Shown: positions 24,338 to 37,358 of the stretch, in pieces
Position numbering within the stretch: the stretch's first letter is position 1
How the letters are laid out: the number at the start of each line of letters is the position of its first letter
From: Eledone cirrhosa
Taxonomy: Eukaryota
Length of the DNA stretch: 64,000 nt
Direction: 5' to 3'
Assembly (NCBI GenBank): GCA_964016885.1
Contig: OZ024742.1
Span: 10,602,001 to 10,666,000 of the forward strand
Made by a program: the position numbers and the translations under genes
Notes under the pieces: model-generated
What the model was told of the DNA's origin: nothing
Seen by the model: the letters and a program-made list of their open reading frames with translations, nothing else
The model's database searches: none

Positions 24338-24384
24338 TGCTTACAACTGTTTCCTCCAAACCGAGGTTTGGATTCTTTGGAGCA
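24338..24384 (-). ncRNA. Degenerate type I hammerhead motif
   Basis: UGCU-CCAAAGA-aUCCAAAC cucg GUUUGGAg-GAAA-CAGUUG-UA-AGCA; core G5 mutated. Confidence 0.55.
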
Positions 24385-24564
24385 ATTTATTAATGAATGA
24401 ACACTTATATGACCTCCTTTTCAACCCAAGCGATATACAGATACATATGCAAATATAATAAGGTAGTAATATATTACTGCCTATCACTATTTAGGGTTTG
24501 TAAAAATATATATAACTACAAAAGGTTTTTGTATTTGCATAACCATAAATAGTATCCTTAATAC

Positions 24565-24615
<51 letters not shown>

Positions 24616-24617
24616 GC

Positions 24618-24842
24618 AAGACGTAAAATAAGAACATTTTAAAAATTAAAAATTAACTTACTTACTAAAATTTTAGTAAGTAAGTTCATTTTTAATTTTT
24701 AAAATTTTTCTTATTTTACGTCTTTCACATAATTGTTCTGCACCCCCCTGCATAGAACTACCTAGGTACTATGACATAACTTATGTATTTGCTAGCATTA
24801 GTGTTCATCTGTACGCTTATGTTGGTAAATATACTAATTCTT
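24618..24842 (+). mobile_element. Fold-back (24618-24724) + tail element in (TA)n
   Basis: ~53-bp arms centred on CTAAAA|TTTTAG. Confidence 0.6.
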
Positions 24843-24939
24843 TATATATATGTATATATGTAGATATATATGTATCGATATATATATATATATATATACA
24901 TATGTATATCTATATATATGTATATATACACACACACAC

Positions 24940-26706
24940 AGTAACACACTACAACATACAGACATAACATTCCATCTAACCAGATGCTATATTTTTACTG
25001 TTGAAAACCAGAATGTTCCATCTCCACCATCTCTAACATCAAATTCCATAACATCTACTGAATTTACACCTGCAATGTTGCGACGTCACCTTAAGAATAA
25101 GCGCAACTATGCCTCCCCTGGTCTTGATGGTGTGACATACCTGCTTCTCAAACGTCGTGGGTATTTCCTTTTGCACCAGCTTTCTTTTTTCTTTCAATAA
25201 TGTCTCAACAATGGTGCTACTCCGGAGCAGTGGAAAACTGCCAGTGTCATTCCCCTATTGAAAAAGGGCAACCGCATGTCACCTGTCAACTATCGTCCAG
25301 TCAGTCTTACTAGCTGTATGGCCAAACTGATGGAATTCTGTGACAGAGAAACACTTTGGAACTTCTGGAGCTCTCACAGCATCATCCGGCCCTCACAGTT
25401 TAGATTTATCCCTAACTCCAGCTGCTGTGATCAGCTTATTGAGTTCCTTGAATACATCACCTGGATCACTGACAGCGGCTCATGGGTGGATGTTGTTTAC
25501 CTTGACTTTGCTAAGGCTTTTAATTCTGTGCCACACAAAAGACTTATGGCAAAACTCTCTGCAATGGGTGTGAGGGATGATCTTTTCGACTGGCTGAAAT
25601 CCTTCATTCTCAGCCGAAAAGAAGTAGCCACGGTTCTAGGACAGCATTCTTCACCATATGAGATGTCATCTGGTGTACCACAGGGATCTGTTCTTGGTCC
25701 CCTTTTGTTTGTGGCATATATTAATGACATAGATGCCAACTTAAAGAATGCCATGGTACTGAAATATGCAGATGACATCAAGCTGTACCTTGAAATCAAA
25801 AGGACTGATCCTGAAATCTACAACCCTTTCCTACAATCCAATCAGACCTGGACACAATGCAGCAATGGATCACAGACTGGCAACTGAAGCTGGCTGTGGA
25901 CAAGTGTACAACCATGCATTTTTGGAGGAAAAATCCAGCGTCCACATACTCCCTCCACAACACTGATATCAAGAAGTCCTCTTGTGAACGTGACCTGGGC
26001 ATTACTGTCAGCAGCGATTTGCGTTGGACAAAGCATGTCTCTAAGATTGTCAGCAAGACCTTCATTAGCCGTTTTCCAGCCATCTATTTAAAACTGTATA
26101 CAGCTATAGTACGACCACACTTGGAATTCGCATCATCAGTCTGGAACCCCTATCTTGCTCAGAACATTGACCTCCTGGAAACTGTTCAGAGACGTGCAAC
26201 CAAGCGCATACCCTCCATCAGACACCTACCATACTCTGAACGTCTTGCTTCCCTGGGCATGGATTCATTGAAGCTCCGACGTCTGGCAATGGACTTGGTG
26301 AATACCCACAAAGTTATTAACCATCTCGCCAACAACAACCCTGAGCACCTTTTTGATCTCTATGTGTCTAACACATGTGGACATGCCTACAAAATCAGAA
26401 AACAGCACAGCTCCCATGACTTTCGTAAACATTTTTTCACGCTCAGAGTTGCTGAAGCATGGAACAAACTGCCTGTGTCAGTTGTTAGCTGCCGAGACAC
26501 TGCATCCTTTAAGACACTCATGCTTCTCGAAATACGCCCAAACTACACCCGATGTACCCCTTCCATACACATGCGCACATGTGTGTATCATGACTCATGC
26601 GCTGTTCATTTTCCTGACGTTTGTACATTACCCTATGTACTATACATACACTTGTTGATGAGTTGTAGTGAACCTGAGCACTGTACACAATATTTCATTA
26701 TTATTA
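24940..26706 (+). pseudogene. Decayed CR1/L2-group LINE, 5'-truncated, (ATT)n tail
   Basis: SPGLDG, NYRPVSLTS, YLDFAKAFNSVPH, GVPQGSVLGPLLF, YADD, ERDLGI, VRPHLEFASSVWNPY, FFTLRVAEAWNKLP; stops and frameshift; 3' fragment of the family at ~51095-51290. Confidence 0.93.
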
Positions 26707-26867
26707 TATCAAGGAACTGGTTGATATCTCAGTAGAAATCAACAGACATGAAAGTGTCAATGTCCTACATATGGTTGCTACCAACATGGAGACAATGGTG
26801 CTACTCCATTGCTACATGAAGAATGGGAACACCATGTTAGGTTACATATATCTTCCACTTCTCTTTC

Positions 26868-29041
26868 ACCTCCACCTCTATCACCATCACCACCTACACC
26901 ACCACCAGCATCACAACCACTGTCACCTCCACCTCCACCACCAGCATCACCTCCACCACCACCAGCATCACAAACACTGTCACTACCACCTCCACTACCA
27001 GCATCACAACCACTGTCACCTCCACTACCACCACCTCCACTACCACCACCTCCACCAGCATCACAACCACTGTCACCTCCACCACCAGCATCACAACCAC
27101 TGTCACCTCCACCACCACCACCACCACCAGCATCACAACCACTGTCATCTCCACCTCCACCACCACCAGTATCACAACCACTGTCACCTCCACCACCACC
27201 TCCACCAGTATCACAACCACTGTCACCTCCACCACCACCAGTATCACAACCACTGTCACCTCCACCACCACCACCACCACCAGCATCACAACCACTGTCA
27301 CCTCCACCACCACCACCACCAGTATCACAACCACTGTCACCTCCACCACCACCTCCACCAGTATCACAACCACTGTCACCTCCACCACCACCAGTATCAC
27401 AACCACTGTCACCTCCACCACCACCAGCATCACAACCACTGTCACCTCCACCACCAGCATCACAACCACTGTCATCTCCACCTCCACCACCACCAGCATC
27501 ACAACCACTGTCACCTCCACCTCCACCACCACCAGCATCACAACCACTGTCACCTCCACCACCACCACCACCAGCATCACAACCACTGTCACCTCCACCA
27601 CCACCACCACCAGCATCACAACCACTGTCACCTCCACCACCACCACCACCACCAGCATCACAACCACTGTCACCTCCACCACCAGCATCACAACCACTGT
27701 CACCTCCACCACCACCTCCACCAGTATCACAACCACTGTCACCTCCACCACCACCACCACCACCAGCATCACAACCACTGTCACCTCCACCACCACCTCC
27801 ACCAGTATCACAACCACTGTCACCTCCACCACCACCACCACCACCAGCATCACAACCACTGTCACCTCCACCACCAGCATCACAACCACTGTCACCTCCA
27901 CCACCACCACCACCACCAGCATCACAACCACTGTCACCTCCACCACCACCACCACCAGCATCACAACCACTGTCACCTCCACTGTCACCTCCACCAGTAT
28001 CACAACCACTGTCACCTCCACCACCACCACCTCCACCAGCATCACAACCACTGTCACCTCCACCACCACCACCACCACCACCAGCATCACAACCACTGTC
28101 ACCACCACCACCGCCATCATCACAACCACTATCACCTCCACCACCACCACCACCATCATCACAACCATCATCACAACCACTATCACCTCCACTACCACCA
28201 CCTCCACCACCACCACCACCATCATCACAACCACTATCACCTCCCCCACCACCACCAGCATCACAACCACTGTCACCACCACCACCACCACCACCGCCAT
28301 CATCACAACCACTATCACCTCCACTACCTCCACCACCACCACCACCATCATCACAACCACTATCACCTCCCCCACCACCACCATCATCACAACCACTGTC
28401 ACCACCACCACCACCAGCATCACAACCACTGTCACCCCCCCACTACCACCACCTCCATCATCACAACCACTGTCACCACCACCACCACCACCAGCATCAC
28501 AACCACTGTCAGCACCACCACCACCACCACCATCATCACAACCACTGTCAGCACCACCACCACCACCACCATCATCACAACCACTGTCACCACCACCATC
28601 ATCACAACCACTGTCACCACCACCACCACCACCATCATCACAACCACTGTCACCTCCCCCCACCACCACCATCATCACAACCACTGTCACCACCACCACC
28701 ACCAGCATCACAACCACTGCCACCTCCCCCACCACCACCATCATCACAACCACTGTCAGCTCCCCCACTACCACCATCATCACAACCACTGTCACCACCA
28801 CCACCACCATCATCACAACCACTGTCACCTCCCCCACCACCACCATCATCACAACCACTGTCAGCTCCCCCACCACCACCATCATCACAACCACTGTCAG
28901 CTCCCCCACCACCACCATCATCACAACCACTTTCAGCACCACCACCACCACCATCATCACAACCACTGTCACCTCCCCCACCACCACCAGCATCACAACC
29001 ACTGTCACCACCACCACCACTGTCACCACCACCACTATCAC

Positions 29042-29072
<31 letters not shown>

Positions 29073-29335
29073 ACCACCACCATCACAACCACTGTCACCA
29101 CCACCACCACCATCATCACAACCACTGTCACCACCACCACCACCAGCATCACAACCACCACCACTGTCACCTCCACTATCACCTCCACCACCACCACCAC
29201 CACAACCACCAGCATCACAACCACCACCACCACCACCACCACCACCACTGTCACCTCCACTATCACCTCCACCACCACAACCACCAGCATCACAACCACC
29301 ACCACCACCACCACCACTGTCACCTCCACTATCAC

Positions 29336-29366
<31 letters not shown>

Positions 29367-29620
29367 AGCAGCATCACAACCACCACCACCACTCTCACCT
29401 CCACTATCACCTCCACTACCACCACCACCACCACCACCAGCATCACAACCACCACCACCACCACCACCACCACTGTCACCTCCACTATCACCACCAGCAC
29501 CACCACCACCACCACCAGCACCACCACTATCACCACCACAACCACCACCACCACCACCACCACCAGCACCACCACTATCACCACCACAACCACCACCACC
29601 ACCACTGTCACCTCCACCAC
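26868..29620. repeat. (CCA)n-based compound minisatellite (CCAGCATCACAACCACTGTCACCT(CCA)n)
   Basis: Direct inspection; gives poly-P/H/T/V ORFs in several frames. Confidence 0.95.
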
Positions 29621-30094
29621 AATTATTATCATCATCATCATGCTAGCGTGGAAGATAGATGTTAAATGATGATCATCAATATTAACATCAACATTATTAC
29701 CATATTGATGATGATGATGATACCACTGTGATGCTGATATGTTGATCAGGATTATCACCATGGAAACAATGATATCTATTACAATAACAACAACACTATT
29801 AAACTAAACTGGAGCTAACATTACATGAGAGCAGATTGCTATATTATATATCACCATCATCATCACCATCGTCATTACTACCATCATGATCAGCACCCCC
29901 ACCACCATCATCACCACCATCACCATCATAATCAGCACCATCATCATCAGCTCCACCACCACCATCATCATCACCATCATCAGCACCATCATCATCAGCT
30001 CCACCATCATCACCATCATCATCATCAGCAGCACCATCACCATCATCAGCTCAACCATCATCAGCACCATCACCATCATCACCATCATCACCAT

Positions 30095-30635
30095 CATCTA
30101 ATGTCCATTTCTCCACATGGCTTAGATGAGTTGTCCTGTTGTGAGACAAGTCAGATCAGATGACCGTGTCTTGCTCATACAGAACTATTTCTGGTTTGGT
30201 TTCTATTGCTGGATAACCTTCCTAACACCAACTACATTTACAGAGTGGATTGGGTACTTTTTGCAGTGTCACCAAAATGACCAACTGATAGTCTGGACTA
30301 GCTACTTTTTACATCTTGTCACCAACACAACCACTTTATAGCATGAACTGAGTAATTTTTGTCATGTCACCAACACAAGCACCTTACAGTATGGACAGGC
30401 TGCTTTTTTCATAGTGACACAAGTATGGCCACTTTACAGAATGGACTGGGTACTTTTTCATTGTGTCACCAGAACAACCACCATATAGGGTGAGCTGGGT
30501 GACTTATCATTGTGACACCAGCACAACCACCATACAGGGTAAGCTGTGTGATTTATCATTGTGACACCAGCACAACCACCATATAGGGTAAACTGTGTGA
30601 TTTATCGTGACATCAGTATGACAACTTTATGGGTA
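30095..30635 (-). mobile_element. RTE-tail-derived repeat with internal ~45-bp tandem units
   Basis: Terminal motif as in other RTE tails; recurrent TGTCACCAACACAACCACTTTACAG..GGACTGG. Confidence 0.7.
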
Positions 30636-30809
30636 AGTGATGAGTCTTGTTACTCTCAAGTTTCACCTGTTTACTGATGTCTGATGATCCTGTGAGTACA
30701 CAGGTGAAACTCCAGATTAACACATTACTTTTCCATAATAATACTTTGGTATACAGTACTCACTCGTCAAAATGTTTGTCAAAATCACGCATCTCTATAT
30801 ATATGTGTG

Positions 30810-33297
30810 TGAAGGCACATGGCTTAGTGGTTAGAGCATTGGGCTTGCAATTGAGAGGTTGTCAGTTCGACTCTCGGACCGGGTGATGTGTTGTGTCCTT
30901 GAGCAAGATATTTTATTTCACGCTGCTCCAGTTTACACAGCTGTAGAAATGAGATGTGACATCACTGGTGTCAAGCTGTATCAGTCACTGCCTTTCCCTT
31001 GGACAACACCAGTGGCGTGGAGAGGGGAGGCTGGTATGCATGGGTGACTGCTGGTCTTCCACAAACCTTGCCCAGGTTTGTGCCTGGAGGGAAACTTTCC
31101 CTTGGACAACACCAGTGGGGTGGAGAGGGGAGGCTGGTATGCATGGGTGACTGCTGGTCTTCCACAAACCTTGCCCAGGTTTGTGCCTGGAGGGAAACTT
31201 TCCCTTGGACAACACCAGTGGGGTGGAGAGGGGAGGCTGGTATGCATGGGTGACTGCTGGTCTTCCACAAACCTTGCCCAGGTTTGTGCCTGGAGGGAAA
31301 CTTTCCCTTGGACAACACCAGTGGGGTGGAGAGGGGAGGCTGGTATGCATGGGTGACTGCTGGTCTTCCACAAACCTTGCCCAGGTTTATGCCTGGAGGG
31401 AAACTTTCCCTTGGACAACACCAGTGGCGTGGAGAGGGGAGGCTGGTATGCATGGGTGACTGCTGGTCTTCCACAAACCTTGCCCAGGTTTGTGCCTGGA
31501 GGGAAACTTTCCCTTGGACAACACCAGTGGCGTGGAGAGGGGAGGCTGGTATGCATGGGTGACTGCTGGTCTTCCACAAACCTTGCCCAGGTTTATGCCT
31601 GGAGGGAAACTTTCCCTTGGACAACACCAGTGGCGTGGAGTGGGGAGGCTGGTATGCATGGGTGACTGCTGGTCTTCCACAAACCTTGCCCAGGTTTGTG
31701 CCTGGAGGGAAACTTTCCCTTGGACAACACCAGTGGCGTGGAGAGGGGAGGCTGGTATGCATGGGTGACTGCTGGTCTTCCACAAACCTTGCCCAGGTTT
31801 ATGCCTGGAGGGAAACTTTCCCTTGGACAACACCAGTGGCGTGGAGAGGGGAGGCTGGTATGCATGGGTGACTGCTGGTCTTCCACAAACCTTGCCCAGG
31901 TTTGTGCCTGGAGGGAAACTTTCCCTTGGACAACACCAGTGGCGTGGAGAGGGGAGGCTGGTATGCATGGGTGACTGCTGGTCTTCCACAAACCTTGCCC
32001 AGGTTTGTGCCTGGAGGGAAACTTTCCCTTGGACAACACCAGTGGCGTGGAGAGGGGAGGCTGGTATGCATGGGTGACTGCTGGTCTTCCACAAACCTTG
32101 CCCAGGTTTATGCCTGGAGGGAAACTTTCCCTTGGACAACACCAGTGGCGTGGAGTGGGGAGGCTGGTATGCATGGGTGACTGCTGGTCTTCCACAAACC
32201 TTGCCCAGGTTTGTGCCTGGAGGGAAACTTTCCCTTGGACAACACCAGTGGCGTGGAGAGGGGAGGCTGGTATGCATGGGTGACTGCTGGTCTTCCACAA
32301 ACCTTGCCCAGGTTTATGCCTGGAGGGAAACTTTCCCTTGGACAACACCAGTGGCGTGGAGTGGGGAGGCTGGTATGCATGGGTGACTGCTGGTCTTCCA
32401 CAAACCTTGCCCAGGTTTGTGCCTGGAGGGAAACTTTCCCTTGGACAACACCAGTGGCGTGGAGAGGGGAGGCTGGTATGCATGGGTGACTGCTGGTCTT
32501 CCACAAACCTTGCCCAGGTTTATGCCTGGAGGGAAACTTTCCCTTGGACAACACCAGTGGCGTGGAGAGGGGAGGCTGGTATGCATGGGTGACTGCTGGT
32601 CTTCCACAAACCTTGCCCAGGTTTGTGCCTGGAGGGAAACTTTCCCTTGGACAACACCAGTGGCGTGGAGAGGGGAGGCTGGTATGCATGGGTGACTGCT
32701 GGTCTTCCACAAACCTTGCCCAGGTTTATGCCTGGAGGGAGACTTTCCCTTGGACAACACCAGTGGCGTGGAGAGGGGAGGCTGGTATGCATGGGTGACT
32801 GCTGGTCTTCCACAAAGCTTGCCCAGGTTTATGCCTGGAGGGAAACTTTCCTTTGGACAACACCAGTGGCGTGGAGAGGGGAGGCTGGTATGCATGGGTG
32901 ACTGCTGGTCTTCCACAAACCTTGCCCAGGTTTGTGCCTGGAGGGAAACTTTCCCTTGGACAACACCAGTGGCGTGGAGAGGGGAGACTGGTATGCATGG
33001 GTGACTCCTGGTCTTCCACAAACCTTGCCCAGGTTTGTGCCTGGAGGGAAACATTCCCTTGGACAACACCAGTGGCGTGGAGAGGGGAGACTGGTATGCA
33101 TGGGTGACTGCTGGTCTTCCACAAACCTTGCCCAGGTTTATGCCTGGAGGGAAACTTTCCCTTGGACAACACCAGTGGCGTGGAGAGGGGAGGCTGGTAT
33201 GCATGGGTGACTGCTGGTCTTCCACAAACCTTGCCCAGGTTTGTGCCTGGAGGGAAACTTTCTAGGTGCAAAACGATGACCGAGTGGGGCCAAAGCA
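30810..33297 (+). mobile_element. tRNA-derived SINE with an internally amplified array
   Basis: A box TGGCTTAGTGG, B box GTTCGACTC, central GTGTCCTTGAGCAAGATA; unique end after 33262. Confidence 0.85.
30992..33262. repeat. 103-bp tandem repeat, 22 units
   Basis: CTTTC at 30992, 31095 ... 33258 (2266 = 22 x 103). Confidence 0.98.
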
Positions 33298-34403
33298 ATG
33301 TATATATAGTTTAGAATAGGTACACTGTATCCCATTGTAAAAGGGTTGGTGTCAACAAGGGTATCTGGCTGTAAAACGAAGATGTGGAAGAACGGATGTA
33401 AAACGGTGATGATGATGATGATGATGATAAATATATACTTAGATAAACACATATATATATATAAATAGATATATATAGATACACACATTCGCATAAAATT
33501 ATATATACATGCCTAGATTTATGCATATATACACAAATATATTAAAAAAACCATCAGCAATGCTGTAAAATATCAGGTTCAGTACAATTTATAGAAGTTT
33601 GTTTTTTCTTTTTATCAAAAGAAAAATCTTTAGCTAAGTTATTTTTACCTTTAGTTTCCTCACCATCACTATCATCATATCATTATTATCAACATCATCA
33701 CCTCCACCACCATCACCACCACCATTACCACCACCTTCATCATCATCACCATCACTATCATGATTTATGGGGTTGATAAAATAAAGTACCAGTAATACAC
33801 TAGGTAATTGCTGGCCTTGTGCCAAAAGTAGAAACAATTATTATTAATAATATTATTACTATTTTTATCATGTTTCTGTTGTTATGTTACTGTTGTTGTT
33901 ACTGTTGTTGTTACTGTTGTGGTTACTGTTGTTACTGTTGTTGTTACTGTCGTTGTTGCTACTGTTGCTGTCGTTGTTGTTGTTGTTGTTACTGTGGTTA
34001 CTACTGTTGTTGTTGTTTGCTGTACATCTTCAGTATTGATGTTGCCAAAATTTTGGAACTGACTCTGCTATGGTGTATTACATATGTCTGAGGTTTCTAT
34101 TTATCTTGGAGCTGATTGGGGGGGGGGGGGCTGCTTCATGTATATGAATGAATATATTTGCATAAGTGTGTTTTGCTATGTAATGTGAGAGTGCAGACAG
34201 TGCAGGTGAGATTGCTATGTCTGTGTGTCTGTATGCTTCATGTGTGTATATGTGTGTATATATGTTGTGTGTGTGTTTGTTTAGTATGTATATTTGTCTA
34301 TATACGTTTACTAAGCTGCTTACATCATATCACAAGGGAACAATATCAGTGTTACACATCTGTCTGGTGTATATATGTGTATATAAATATATACATGTGC
34401 ATA

Positions 34404-34450
<47 letters not shown>

Positions 34451-34491
34451 GTGTGTATATAAAAATATATATAAATATATACATGTGTATA

Positions 34492-34539
<48 letters not shown>

Positions 34540-34761
34540 AAAATGTTTGACCCCGACGGCAGAGCTCAATACCCTAAGTATTGTGTACTCTGGTGCGTTA
34601 TGGTCCATCTGGTTCCTTACCACACCTCCTCCGTTATATATATTTGCAAGCAGGGAAAAGCAGACGGAAAATGATGATGATGATATATATATATTTGTGT
34701 GTGTATAAAAATATATATATAGGTAAATAAATACATGTGTATATATATATATGTGTGTTTG

Positions 34762-34797
<36 letters not shown>

Positions 34798-35204
34798 TAC
34801 ACAAACACACACACACACATTCAAGAGTGTTCTACCTAGACATCACAATAGTCTTTATAACTCTTGCTGTAGTGGTGTTGAAGTGAATATCCCATTGAAG
34901 CAGGGAGTTCTGTTTTTGTAGAAAGATGATATACTTATACAAAGTCATTGAGTGTTTAAAACTACAAAGTCTCAAATCTGATGTATATGTTTCTAAGGGT
35001 AGACAGCAGAATAGATTTGCTGTTTATGTGACTAATAGTATAGAGATATATAACTGCCATATATTAGTCTTTTCATCCATAATGTTGCCCTCTGGAACGA
35101 TGGTAAAACAATGGATTTACTTTGTTTTTCTTCTTTCATTGTTTAGCATTTCTTAAAAAATGTATACAGACTTTGATTACCTGTAAAGGCAATATTTGTT
35201 AGAT

Positions 35205-35244
35205 GGCTGTTGAAATGTGTACACATTTTTGGGGACACCTTGTA
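35205..35244. mobile_element. Tc1/mariner-like TIR remnant
   Basis: TTTTGGGGACACCTTG|TA terminus. Confidence 0.4.
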
Positions 35245-35320
35245 TATATATATCATCATCATCATCGTCTACCATCTATCTTCCACGCTAGCATGGGTAT
35301 ATATATATATATATATATAT

Positions 35321-36125
35321 ACTTGCAGAAGTACATGGCATTGGCCGGGTTAAAGAACATAATGTAATTTCATTCAAAACTTTTTCTAGGGTATATTTGA
35401 AACTTCTAACATAGCTGTTTGTTTTATATAATATATCTTTTAGTTGCAATATTATTTCCTATTTAGTCTCTTAATTCCATTCATATCTTGTCTGATGAAA
35501 TACTGATGAAATACAGTTGTAAATATATTGGTTCTTCATCTGAAAGTGGCTGAAGTGGTCCACTTCTATGATACATTGTCCTTGGATCTTCAAGGTGGGT
35601 ATAAAGACACTTTCATGGATGACATTTGCACTAAATGATGTCATTTAGAATGTATTATTGTACTTCTGGATATTTTGAAGAAAGAGTCTTTATTCAGTAG
35701 TTGTACCAATCAGCAGTCCTCTCAAGGGATCTGGTAGTTCAGGTAAGAGTCTAAACTTGATCTTTCTATTAAGCAGCTCAATCCAGCTGACTCAGCATTT
35801 CATTTTTTAGCACCACAAATTCGGCATATGTTCATTGAAGAAATTCAAATCAAAGGTTCTGAAGTAAAGTCTTGATGTGGGTTGTAACTAAAAGCACCAA
35901 AGTTCTTGGTCTCTGTTCACATAGCCTTTGAGTTGATTCAGCTTCAGTTTCTTCATGCCACCTTTAAGCTGCTCTATTTCACTCCATTTGCTGCATCTGA
36001 TTCCACTTGACAAATAGATCCTTCCACTGTCCTATCTCCAGCAAGCCATTTACATCTTTGGTCCTTTGATCTGTGCACTTCTTATTCCTTGTTGTTGAAG
36101 ACTTGATGTTCTTCATGCATCTCAT
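35321..36125 (-). pseudogene. Helitron remnant with decayed Rep/helicase N-terminal coding sequence
   Basis: Minus: CRICGAKK..LPELPDPLRGLL..FLQNIQKYNNTF*MTSFSA..FIPTLKIQGQ.YHRSGPLQP..PIYLQLYF; decayed hairpin/CTAG-like end at 35321-35350. Confidence 0.8.
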
Positions 36126-36133
36126 TATCTCTA

Positions 36134-36162
<29 letters not shown>

Positions 36163-36164
<2 letters not shown>

Positions 36165-36491
36165 CATCATTTCATCATCATTTCATTTTATGTCCACTTT
36201 TCCCTGCTTGCAAGGGTGGAACGGGAACTGATTCTGGCTTGATTTCTACAGCTGGATGACCTTCCTAACACCAACCTCATTTACAGTGAGTGCTGGGTGC
36301 TTTTTTGCCGTGGCACCTCCATGACCACTTTACAGTGGAATGATAGGGATCCCAGTCCCCATCATTTCATTTCTACAGCTGAGTAAACTGGAGCAATGTG
36401 AAATAAAGTGTCTTGCTCAAGGAAACAACACACCACCCGGTCTGAGAATTGAACTCACAACCTTTCAATTGCAAGGCCAATGCTCTAACCT
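36163..36491 (-). mobile_element. tRNA-derived SINE with RTE-derived tail
   Basis: GGTTAGAGCA..GAGTTCAATTCTC head, TCCTTGAGCAAGACAC core, tail shared with the RTE 3'UTR. Confidence 0.85.
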
Positions 36492-36518
36492 AATGATGAT
36501 GATGATATACATATATAT

Positions 36519-37140
36519 ATCATCATCATCATCATCAACGTTTAACGTCCGTGTTCCACGCTTGCATAGGTTTGGACGGGGGTTTTCCCACTTGAGGCAA
36601 GAGTGATTGTCTTGCTCGCATAGGACTGTCTGGCAGGTTTTCTACAGTTGGATGCCCTTCCTAACACCAACCACATTTACAGTGTGGGTCTGGGAGGTTT
36701 TTACCGTGTTGCCTACATGGCCACATTACAGCATGGACTGTGTGTTTTATTGTCGTGACACCTACACGATCTCATTTGTTTCGGCCTGGATGGTGTGGCA
36801 CCAACATAACTTTACATAGAAGGGGGTGGTGTGGATGGGGTGGGGGTGTATTTTGTTAGAGATGCCTACTAACTGTAGTAGGTTTTACTTTGTATTTAGG
36901 TAAGGCGGGTCTTCTCTATTACTGAGTACCGCCAAAGGTCTCGGTCCAGTGACATTGTCTTGGAGAGGTGTAAGCGTGTGAGGTCGGAGTTTATCACTGG
37001 TCCCAGGTTTTTCTGGTTCTGCCTATTCCGTGGCTACCGTCTATCTTTATTGCCCTGCACTTTGTTATACAGCTATCGTCCTTCATGCGCATCACGTGAC
37101 CATACCAACGTAGCCTTCTCTCTAGTAAACAACATCTGAT
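36519..37140 (-). mobile_element. RTE LINE 3' fragment
   Basis: [20 protein letters not shown]; 3'UTR very similar to 5845-6236. Confidence 0.92.
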
Positions 37141-37160
37141 ATAAATATATATATATATCC

Positions 37161-37345
<185 letters not shown>

Positions 37346-37358
37346 TATATATATATAT

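Noticed and set aside
26771-29761. 945-964-aa Pro/His/Val-rich extensin- or formin-like ORFs
   Set aside because: (CCA)n minisatellite, open on both strands, frame switches mid-array, no unique domain
30971-33298. Repeated ORFs or CRISPR-like array
   Set aside because: 103 is not a multiple of 3; head-to-tail units with no unique spacers; no cas genes; eukaryotic context
33819-34091. Cys-rich metallothionein-like ORF
   Set aside because: (TGT/TAC)n microsatellite
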